DNA of 30,470 nucleotides, taken from Promethearchaeia archaeon (GTDB lineage Archaea; Asgardarchaeota; Lokiarchaeia; Sigyniarchaeales; SOKP01). The position numbers and the translations under genes are program-made. The notes under the pieces were generated by a model, which worked only from the letters and a program-made list of their open reading frames with translations, searched no databases and had not been told where the DNA came from. The stretch is taken from the NCBI GenBank assembly GCA_046497275.1, contig JAWOFX010000115.1, positions 1 to 30,470 on the forward strand, written 5' to 3'. Shown in pieces: positions 1 to 7,939 of the stretch. The first letter of the stretch is position 1. Each line of letters begins with the position of its first letter.

Positions 1-153
1 GATTATCATTTTTCTCTCTTCACTAATACTCGCATCAAAATCAATTTGGTAAACGTAATTAAATCCATATATAAATAGAGTGAGAATTATAAATTGAACT
101 AGAAAAATTAGAATCTTACTTCGCACAATTTTTCCATATACTTCCTTGACCAT
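1..153 (-). CDS. 5' part of a predicted membrane protein running off the left edge (MVKEVYGKIVRSKILIFLVQFIILTLFIYGFNYVYQIDFDASISEERKMII...)
   Basis: Manual translation: ATG at 153, open to position 1, one clear hydrophobic segment. Not in the supplied ORF track because it is truncated. Confidence 0.5.
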   Translation of the reverse strand, partial: MVKEVYGKIVRSKILIFLVQFIILTLFIYGFNYVYQIDFDASISEERKMII

Positions 154-440
154 TATTCTATTAAGAATTTATAATCAATTAAATTCTTCTACAATTAAAG
201 GGGAGTATAGAATTATAGAAAAGATTCTCTTCTCCTATACTCTATCTTTTCACCTTCCTATAAAAATCATTGGGTTCTAAATCAAAACTGAGATTATGCG
301 TATTCATTTCTATTAATTATTTTATTTTATTCAATAAATATAACCTTATCTAAGAAATCTTAAATAGGCAAAATTATGTATATTGTATATAGATAATAAT
401 CTCGAGATTTATAGTTAAAAATCGTTAAGGGTTAAAAAAA

Positions 441-767
441 ATGAATAATGAAGAAAATCCGAAAATGAAGGCGATAAAACGGTTTCAGGAGATGTTTCCG
501 AACCAAAGAAAAGAACTCGAAGATATGGGAATGGATTATGAAGCCTACATTAAAGAAAGAGTTAAGAGAAAATTCAAGGAACAAGAGAGGACAACCTTTT
601 TGCAGGAATTACCTCAAAACTTTTTAGAGAGTTATTTAAGTTCGGGATATGAGAAGGAATTTATTCAAGCAGCTTGGTTATATTCTTATGTTCGTTATCC
701 CGATAAAAATCATTCAACTCGTTTATTCATTTTCAATGATATCATTTACGGGAGGATGCCTTTATAA
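441..767 (+). CDS. Hypothetical protein, 108 aa
   Basis: ORF with AAGG upstream and natural amino-acid composition; no family recognised. Confidence 0.6.
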   Translation: MNNEENPKMKAIKRFQEMFPNQRKELEDMGMDYEAYIKERVKRKFKEQERTTFLQELPQNFLESYLSSGYEKEFIQAAWLYSYVRYPDKNHSTRLFIFNDIIYGRMPL

Positions 768-904
768 GATCTAATTATAAATTTGTCAGTTTCATCCATT
801 TTTAATGAAAATTTATTAAAAAAATCGATACCATGATTGTTTTCAATTTATGAAAAAATCTCAAAAATTTTTTAAAAAATTTAAAAAAAGGAGGTGTAAT
901 ACAC

Positions 905-1144
905 GTGACAGAATACTATTGTTATAATTGCGAAAAGTTTGTGAGAGTAGCTCATGACCGTAGTGCATTTTTAATGTTTGTGTTAATCGTGTTAGGATTC
1001 ATATCATTCGGAATAGGTATAATTTTAGCGATAATTTACCATGTAACAAGCCCACGAATCTGCCTTGAATGTAAACAAAAAACACTCGAAGAGCTGCCAA
1101 ATAATATGACCAAAAAGGAATTTATTGAAAAAAAGAGATATTAG
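905..1144 (+). CDS. Small membrane-associated zinc-ribbon protein, LITAF-like architecture (CxxC - hydrophobic segment - CxxC)
   Basis: CYNC, then about 24 hydrophobic residues, then CLEC. Strong SD GGAGGTG lies 8 nt before the GTG start. Confidence 0.65.
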   Translation: MTEYYCYNCEKFVRVAHDRSAFLMFVLIVLGFISFGIGIILAIIYHVTSPRICLECKQKTLEELPNNMTKKEFIEKKRY

Positions 1145-1348
1145 TAATTTAATTCTCACAGAATTTGCCTTTCTGCTAAGTCTAGAAAAACAATTTTGGA
1201 ACTATTAAGAAAATTATATTTGGAAATTAAATGCACCCGAAATTTTAACTGAAGCGTTTTTTAATTGAGTCCAAAAGGATTAGATTTAAAGTTATCCAAA
1301 AAATTTTTTAGGTATGTTTTATTTTAAATATCACAGTGGAGAAGTTGC

Positions 1349-1367
1349 AAACTGTTTTTTTATTATA
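1349..1367 (+). promoter_or_regulatory. Putative BRE/TATA promoter of the rpoA1 operon
   Basis: AAACTGTTTTTTTATTATAT about 40 nt upstream of the ATG at 1407. A similar AAAYTGTTTT motif occurs before rps12 and tef1. Confidence 0.4.
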
Positions 1368-1406
1368 TCATAATTATGAAATTAAAAATAAGGAAGTTAT
1401 CTTTTT

Positions 1407-4370
1407 ATGAGTTACAGCTATAGTCGTACGAAATTAATTGAAAAAATCAAATTTGGATTACTCAGCCCTGATGAGATTCGTAAAATGTCTGCCGCGAGAA
1501 TTATCACGGCAGATACATATGATGAAGATGGGTTGCCTATTCCGTCGGGACTAATGGATCAGCGACTAGGGACGATTGAACCCGGTCAAAGATGCCAAAC
1601 GTGTGGGAATCTCGTGAGTAACTGCATGGGCCATTTCGGGCATAGATAAAATTGGCTAAATTTTATCGCCCAAATCGAATTGGCACGTCCGGTTATCCAC
1701 GTAGGCTATGCGAAAAAGGTCCTAAAAGTTTTGAGAAGTGTTTGTCCTGAGTGTAGTCGCCTAATGCTAAGTGACGAGGCCCGAGAAAAGCACCGTGAGG
1801 AGCAAGTAACACATCGTAGGATTTATCACGAAGGTGATGAGGATATTACGAAGATTGTATTTAAGAGCGCCCGAAAAAATAAGGTATGCCCGTTCTGTGG
1901 TGCAAAAAAGAAAAAAATAATTCTTGAAAAACCTACTACGTTTTATGAAGAAGAAGAGGCAAAAGGTTCTCGGAGATTGACCCCAATCGAGATTCGGGAA
2001 CGATTGAAAAAAATGACCGATGCGGATCTTCGGATTTTAGGAATTTCTCCTAAAAATGCGAGATTAGAATGGGTGATTTTCATGGTTTTACCAATTCCCC
2101 CGGTGTGTGCTCGACCATCAATTACATTAGACAGCGGTATTCGTTCTGAAGATGATCTAACCCACAAATTAGTAGATGTGATTAGAATTAATCAAAGATT
2201 ACGGGAAAATATTGATGCAGGGGCACCTCACTTAATAGTTGAGGATTTATGGGAGCTTCTTCAATATCATATTACTACTTATTTTGATAATCAAGTGTCT
2301 GGAATCCCTCCAGCTCGTCATCGCTCCGGAAGAGCCTTACGTACCCTTACTCAACGATTAAAAGGCAAGGAAGGTCGTTTCAGAAGTAATTTAAGTGGAA
2401 AAAGAGTTGATTTCTCTGCTCGAAGTGTAATCTCACCCAACCCACATATAAGTATCAATGAAGTCGGAGTACCAGAAGAGATCGCGAAAATACTTACTAT
2501 TCCAACGAATGTGAATGATTGGAATATTGAACAAATGAAACAATTAGTCTTAAATGGACCTAATAAGCATCCTGGAGCAAATTATATTATACGAAACGAT
2601 CGACGCAGAATAGATCTTCGCTATGTGAAAAATCGAAAAATTATCGCAGATATGCTTGCACCGGGCTTCACGGTTGAGAGGCATTTAAATGATGGCGATC
2701 TTGTACTCTTTAATCGACAACCCTCACTTCACCGAATGTCAATTATGGCACATGAGGTAAAAATCATGGAGGGGAGAACCTTCCGACTAAATCTTACTGT
2801 CTGTCCTCCATATAATGCTGATTTTGATGGAGATGAGATGAATCTTCATGTCCCTCAAAGCGAAGAGGCGAGAACTGAGGCAGAACTCCTTCTTAAAGTC
2901 CAAGAGCATATCTTATCACCCAGGTTTGGAGGTCCTATTTTAGGAGGCATTCAAGATTTTATTTCAAGCGTATTTCAATTCACCAGTAAGGATTCTCTTT
3001 ATAATGAAAAAAATACGTTAAAGCTTCTTTATATGGGAAATATTTTTGATAACCATCCAGATTTTAAATTGGAGGATTTAGAACCCGTAGTGACAGATCC
3101 CGAGCCAATGTATTCAGGGAAGCAAATCTTTAGTACTCTTCTTCCAGATGATTTGAATATTCGAGTACGCTCAAAATTTTGTAAGAAGTGCTTTACAAAA
3201 CCTGGAGAGGAATGCAAGGAGGAGGATTGTGAATTTGATGCGTATGTCTCGATTACAAATGGAGAGCTGGTAACGGGAACGATTGACGAGAATTCCTTTG
3301 GTGCGATGCAATCAAATAGTATTTTACAGAGGGTTATCAAAGATCATGGAAATGCTCGAGGAAGAGAATTCCTCGATAGTGCCACCCAGATGTTATTATA
3401 TGTCATTCGTCAAAATGGAATGACGATGGGACTTGATGAGGTTTTTGTAAAAGGAGAAGCATTTGAAGAGATACAAAAAGTGTTACATGATTCTACTGAA
3501 GAATCGAAACGCCTTATTAAAGCTTTCCGAGAAAATGATACTGACGTGTTGCAAAGAGCACCTGGGAGGTCATTGAAAGAGACTCTTGAATTACGGATTC
3601 GGCAGGTACTTGCTGAAGCACGTAAAAAAGCTGAAGAAATTGCTGCGAACTATATTGGAGACGAAGCTCATTCCGTTATCATGACAAAATCAGGAGCTCG
3701 AGGAAATATACTTAATCTTGGACAAATGTCTGCTGTTGTGGGACAACAAGCAATAAGAGGTGAAAGAATCAATAGAGGATATACCTCAAGAACATTACCT
3801 CATTTTAAAGTAGATGATCTTACTCCTAAAGCACGAGGATTCGTAGAACAATCCTATAGGAATGGATTAGACCCCTCTGGATTCTTTTTCCATGCTATGG
3901 GTGGCCGAGAAGGTCTTGTAGATACCGCAGTACGTACTAGTACATCAGGATATATGCAAAGGCGTTTAGTGAATGCCTTACAGGATATGGTCATTGAAAA
4001 CGATGGAACCGTGAGAAATGCTGACAAAAATGTCATTCAATTTGATTTTGGAGATGATAATATTAATCCTCAACATACCGATCATGGAGATGCGGTGAAT
4101 TTAGATGTTCTTCTACTTAAAGCTCAAACCCTGGATACCAATGAAATTAAAGAAGAATTAAAACATGTAAAACCTGAGAAACAAGAAAAATCGAAACCAA
4201 AAGAGAAAAAAGAAGAAGTGAAAGAAAAAGGGAAGGAAAAGGGGAAAAAAGTTCCAACTGAAAATCAAATGCAAGATGAATTTGAAAAAGAAACCGGAAA
4301 AAACGCTATTTGGCAAGGAAAAATAACTAAACAATATAAAGAATGGAGAGAAGAAAACTATGGAGTATAA
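1407..4370 (+). CDS. rpoA1: DNA-directed RNA polymerase subunit A' (Rpo1N), two exons 1407-1643 + 1674-4370, 977 aa after splicing
   Basis: N-terminal [16 protein letters not shown], clamp Zn site CQTC..CMGHFGH joined to [30 protein letters not shown], catalytic [10 protein letters not shown], bridge helix [15 protein letters not shown]. The ORF track splits it into 1407..1649 and 1680..4370. Confidence 0.97.
1644..1673 (+). other. 30-nt BHB-type (tRNA-splicing-endonuclease) intron in rpoA1
   Basis: Insert AGATAAAATTGGCTAAATTTTATCGCCCAA, with in-frame TAA at 1647-1649. Central helix GGGC(1638-41)/GCCC(1668-71), 5' bulge AT^A, inner 9-bp stem, 3' bulge AA^A. Removal restores His-Ile of GHFGHIELARP. 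Confidence 0.9.
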
Positions 4371-4388
4371 ATGGAGGTTTATAAAATA

Positions 4389-5582
4389 ATGGCAAAAATA
4401 ACCCAAAAAGTAATTACTGAAAAATTAGAAGAATTACGTGAAGATGGAATTCCTAATGATTTAATTGTTGAAATTAAGGAAAAACTAAAAGATGTAGACC
4501 TTGAAGAGGAACAATTAGAGTATCTTTTGAATAAAGTCTATATTAATTATAATAATGCTATAGTTGAGGCTTCCGAACCAGTAGGAACAATTGCTGCTCA
4601 ATCCATCGGAGAGCCAGGAACTCAGATGACATTAAGAACCTTTCATTACGCGGGAGTCGAAGAATTCTCAGTTACACAAGGATTACCTCGACTAATTGAG
4701 ATTGTTGATGCCCGTAGATTTCCAAGCACTCCAAATATGACGATTTTCCTCACGGATGAATATCGAAAAACCGAGAAAGAAGCAATTAAAGTTCATAATA
4801 GAATTGAGCAGATACGAATCGAGCAAATAACCCATGATGTTGATTTGGATTTTGTAGATTGGAATATTATTATTAATTTAATCCCTGAAATTTGCGAAAA
4901 TAAGGGAATAGATATTGACGAGATTCCAGAAGTATTAAAAAGATACAAAAAGAAGGGAACTATTAAACGAGAGGGTAATTCTATAATCATCGATCCTGGA
5001 ATAGAGGATCTTCAGAAACTCCAGAAACTAAGAGAAAAAATATTGAAAAAAGTTGTAAAAGGGGTACGAGGAATTAAAAGAGGGCTATTAACGCCCGCAG
5101 AAGACAATAGTGAATGGATTATTAAAACAGAAGGGACAAATCTATCAGGAGTAGTTCAAATTGAGGGAGTCGATGCGGCTCGAACAGTGTCAAATCACCT
5201 TCATGAAGTGGAAAAATTATTCGGTATCGAAGCAGCACGAAGCTTAATTATTAATGAAGCTAAATCCGTTTTAGAACAACAAGGGTTAGATGTTGATTTA
5301 CGCCATCTTCTCATTCTCGCTGATTTAATGTGTAATACGGGAACTATTCAATCTATTGGTAGACATGGGATCTCTGGATCAAAGACTAGTGTGTTCGCAA
5401 GAGCAGCGTTCGAAGTGACAGTAAATCAATTGCTTGACGCGGGGATATATGGGGAGGAAGAGAGGCTATTAGGAATTCCTGAAAATGTTATAGTTGGACA
5501 GGTATGCCCAATCGGCACAGGACGAGTAGAGATACAGTTTGATATTGATAAAAATTTAGAATTGATTAGAAACAAGCAATAA
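4389..5582 (+). CDS. rpoA2: DNA-directed RNA polymerase subunit A'' (Rpo1C)
   Basis: [55 protein letters not shown]. The start is placed at ATG 4389 because GGAGGT (4373-78) is its SD; the track start at 4371 is probably too early. Confidence 0.96.
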   Translation: MAKITQKVITEKLEELREDGIPNDLIVEIKEKLKDVDLEEEQLEYLLNKVYINYNNAIVEASEPVGTIAAQSIGEPGTQMTLRTFHYAGVEEFSVTQGLPRLIEIVDARRFPSTPNMTIFLTDEYRKTEKEAIKVHNRIEQIRIEQITHDVDLDFVDWNIIINLIPEICENKGIDIDEIPEVLKRYKKKGTIKREGNSIIIDPGIEDLQKLQKLREKILKKVVKGVRGIKRGLLTPAEDNSEWIIKTEGTNLSGVVQIEGVDAARTVSNHLHEVEKLFGIEAARSLIINEAKSVLEQQGLDVDLRHLLILADLMCNTGTIQSIGRHGISGSKTSVFARAAFEVTVNQLLDAGIYGEEERLLGIPENVIVGQVCPIGTGRVEIQFDIDKNLELIRNKQ

Positions 5583-5655
5583 CATAAAAAATTAAAATAA
5601 CAAAACATTTTTTTACTTACTTAGTAATTCTAATTAATGTACATGTGATTTATTT

Positions 5656-6024
5656 ATGGCAAAGAGAAAAAAAACACAAGAGCTTGACTTATCGCGGAAA
5701 AAGGAAAAAGTTTTTGATATCGATATAAATATTAAAGTCGCTCTCAAAACGGGAGAAATAGTTTATGGAAAAAATCAAGTACTAAAGAACTTGAGAAAAA
5801 ATCCATTTAAAATGATAATTGTAGCTAATAATTGTCCCTATGATTTAATGAGTGAATTAGAACATTATAACTCATTATTGGAAAATAAAATATATATCCA
5901 TAAGTACAAAGGATCTAGCTGGGATTTAGGCCTTGCTTGTGCGGAAGGCTACATGATTTCAATACTCGGAATCTATGATTATGGCGACAGCGATCTTCAA
6001 AGTTTAAAAAGTAAAGGTAATTAA
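5656..6024 (+). CDS. rpl30e: 50S ribosomal protein L30e
   Basis: IKVALKTGEIVYGKNQVLK..IIVANNCP..YKGSSWDLGLAC; canonical position after rpoA2. Confidence 0.92.
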   Translation: MAKRKKTQELDLSRKKEKVFDIDINIKVALKTGEIVYGKNQVLKNLRKNPFKMIIVANNCPYDLMSELEHYNSLLENKIYIHKYKGSSWDLGLACAEGYMISILGIYDYGDSDLQSLKSKGN

Positions 6025-6052
6025 AATATATCAGAAATTGAGATAATTTTTT

Positions 6053-6532
6053 ATGATAAAGAAAAACATTAAATTAGACAGAGAATCTTTGGAATTGATT
6101 TCTCTTTTTAACAACATCTCTGGAGCTATAATTAAAGATTGTATAGTGTATGATACTCCTCAGAACTCTGATGAAGTTATTATTTTCCTGGTTAAAAAAG
6201 ACGATGTTGGAAAAGCCATTGGGAAAAATGGAGAACATGTGAAAGATTTAACGTCAAAACTGAACAAAAAAATAGATGTCATTCCTTTTTCACAACAATT
6301 GGAACGATTTATCAAATATATCTTGAATACGACCAAGAACTCAATTAAAGTCAACAATATTGAGATTAAAGAAAATAGGAATGAAAAACGCACGGTAATT
6401 ATAACAGTTCGACCTCAAGACAGAGGAAAAGCAATAGGAAAGGACGGTACGATGATTAAAAAGGTTAAAATGCTTGTAACGAGGCATTTCGAAGTCGATA
6501 ATGTAATAATAGACACTCGTCCATTAAATTAA
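6053..6532 (+). CDS. nusA: Archaeal NusA (two KH domains)
   Basis: GKAIGKNGEHVK and GKAIGKDGTMIK KH loops; canonical position between L30e and S12. Confidence 0.93.
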   Translation: MIKKNIKLDRESLELISLFNNISGAIIKDCIVYDTPQNSDEVIIFLVKKDDVGKAIGKNGEHVKDLTSKLNKKIDVIPFSQQLERFIKYILNTTKNSIKVNNIEIKENRNEKRTVIITVRPQDRGKAIGKDGTMIKKVKMLVTRHFEVDNVIIDTRPLN

Positions 6533-6547
6533 AACTCTGATTATAGT

Positions 6548-6564
6548 AAAACTGTTTTTATCTA
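6548..6564 (+). promoter_or_regulatory. Putative internal BRE/TATA promoter for rps12-rps7
   Basis: AAAACTGTTTTTATCTA, near-identical to the motif upstream of rpoA1. Confidence 0.35.
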
Positions 6565-6580
6565 ATTTTCAATATATTAT

Positions 6581-6611
6581 CCGATGAGTAGAGGAATACT
6601 TACTACATCGG
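6581..6611 (+). promoter_or_regulatory. GC-clamped stem-loop in the nusA-rps12 spacer (candidate rps12 leader element)
   Basis: CCGATG(6581-86)/CATCGG(6606-11) plus AGTAG/TTACT in an otherwise very AT-rich spacer. Confidence 0.45.
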
Positions 6612-6681
6612 GATTTTCAAAAATTTTAAGTTATATGATGCCTTATATGTATTAAATTATTTATTAAATTGTCGATATAAA

Positions 6682-7110
6682 ATGCCGAAAGGATTATATG
6701 CTGCGCGAAAATTGAAAGAAAATCGGAAGAAATTTCGTTGGAGCAAAACAAAATACAAACGAAAAAAGCTGAAATTAAAACAAAAAGTAGATCCGCTTGA
6801 AGGCTCTCCGCAGGCAAGTGGTATTGTACTTCAAAAAGTTGGTCGAGAAAGTAAACAACCTAATTCAGCTATTCGAAAATGTGTACGTGTCCAATTAAGA
6901 AAAAATGGAAAGTCTATTACAGCTTTTCTTCCCGGAGATGGTGCGCTCAATTTCATAGATGAGCATGATCGAGTGATCGTCGAAGGGATTGGTGGTGCAA
7001 AGGGAAGAGCAGTTGGAGATTTACCAGGAGTCCGATGGAAAGTAGTTAAAGTAAACGGCGTTTCTTTAGATGCTCTGATAAAAGGAATAAAAGAAAAACC
7101 ATTGAGGTAA
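6682..7110 (+). CDS. rps12: 30S ribosomal protein S12 (uS12)
   Basis: [42 protein letters not shown]. Confidence 0.98.
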   Translation: MPKGLYAARKLKENRKKFRWSKTKYKRKKLKLKQKVDPLEGSPQASGIVLQKVGRESKQPNSAIRKCVRVQLRKNGKSITAFLPGDGALNFIDEHDRVIVEGIGGAKGRAVGDLPGVRWKVVKVNGVSLDALIKGIKEKPLR

Positions 7111-7115
7111 AAAAA

Positions 7116-7730
7116 ATGACAGAAAGAGCCCCTGTAAAATTATTTAATCAATGGTCCTTTGATGATGTGGAAGTAAAGGATTGGACCCTTGAACGATATA
7201 TCAATCTTAAACCAATTATTATTCCCCATAGTTGCGGACGCCATAATAAAAAAACATTCTGGAAAACGAAGAAGGTAAACATAATCGAGAGATTTATTAA
7301 TCGATTATTGGCACCTGGATTTATGGATTCCAAAATAAAAGGTCATAAAAGTTCATATCAATCGGGTAAGAAGAATCGTATATTGAAAGCAATTAAAGAT
7401 GCGTTCAGACTTATTAATTTAAAAACTGAAAAAAACCCAATTCAAGTGTTAATTGATGCGATTTGTAATAGTGCGCCTCGAGAAGAAACCACAAAAATTG
7501 CAATGGGAGGTATCTCCTATGCAAGTGCCGTTGATATAGCTCCACAGAGACGAGTAGACTTAGCCATCAAATTTATTGTGCAAGCTATTGGGAATCGGAC
7601 ACATAATAATATAAAAAGTTTTGGAGAAAACATTGCCCAAGAATTAATGATGGCAGCTCAAAACAGTCAGGATTCTCGTGCAGTGAAGAAAAAGGACGAA
7701 GTGGAACGAATAGCAGTTTCCGCTCGATAA
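7116..7730 (+). CDS. rps7: 30S ribosomal protein S7 (uS7)
   Basis: NPIQVLIDAICNSAPREETT, AVDIAPQRRVDLAI, KKKDEVERIAVSAR. Confidence 0.97.
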   Translation: MTERAPVKLFNQWSFDDVEVKDWTLERYINLKPIIIPHSCGRHNKKTFWKTKKVNIIERFINRLLAPGFMDSKIKGHKSSYQSGKKNRILKAIKDAFRLINLKTEKNPIQVLIDAICNSAPREETTKIAMGGISYASAVDIAPQRRVDLAIKFIVQAIGNRTHNNIKSFGENIAQELMMAAQNSQDSRAVKKKDEVERIAVSAR

Positions 7731-7939
7731 ATATTTTATTAAATTCTCTTTATTACCTTAACTATTATTTATAATTTCACTATCTCTCATTCATAATTTA
7801 TAGCATATCACCCCTATATTATTAAATATGTTATTAGATTAATGAGGAATCAAAAGTTATAAGCTAATTTTTATATAATCAAAAAACATATTATTTTATA
7901 AGCGAGTTTTAAAATTAGGTAAGGTAGATAATAATAGGT

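Noticed and set aside
242-307. 21-codon ORF on the minus strand (MNTHNLSFDLEPNDFYRKVKR)
   Set aside because: Too short, with no SD and no recognisable similarity.
1680-4370. Treating 1407..1649 and 1680..4370 as a naturally split rpoA1, or as a simple sequencing error or stop readthrough
   Set aside because: The break falls within one continuous Zn-clamp motif. The insert is self-complementary with exact BHB cut sites, which a random error would not produce. Readthrough would put 10 extra residues beside a Zn ligand.
6581-6611. SECIS or kink-turn interpretation of the ATGA-containing hairpin
   Set aside because: The ATG is Watson-Crick paired with CAT, there is no opposing GA for tandem G.A pairs, and no nearby in-frame TGA selenoprotein candidate was seen.
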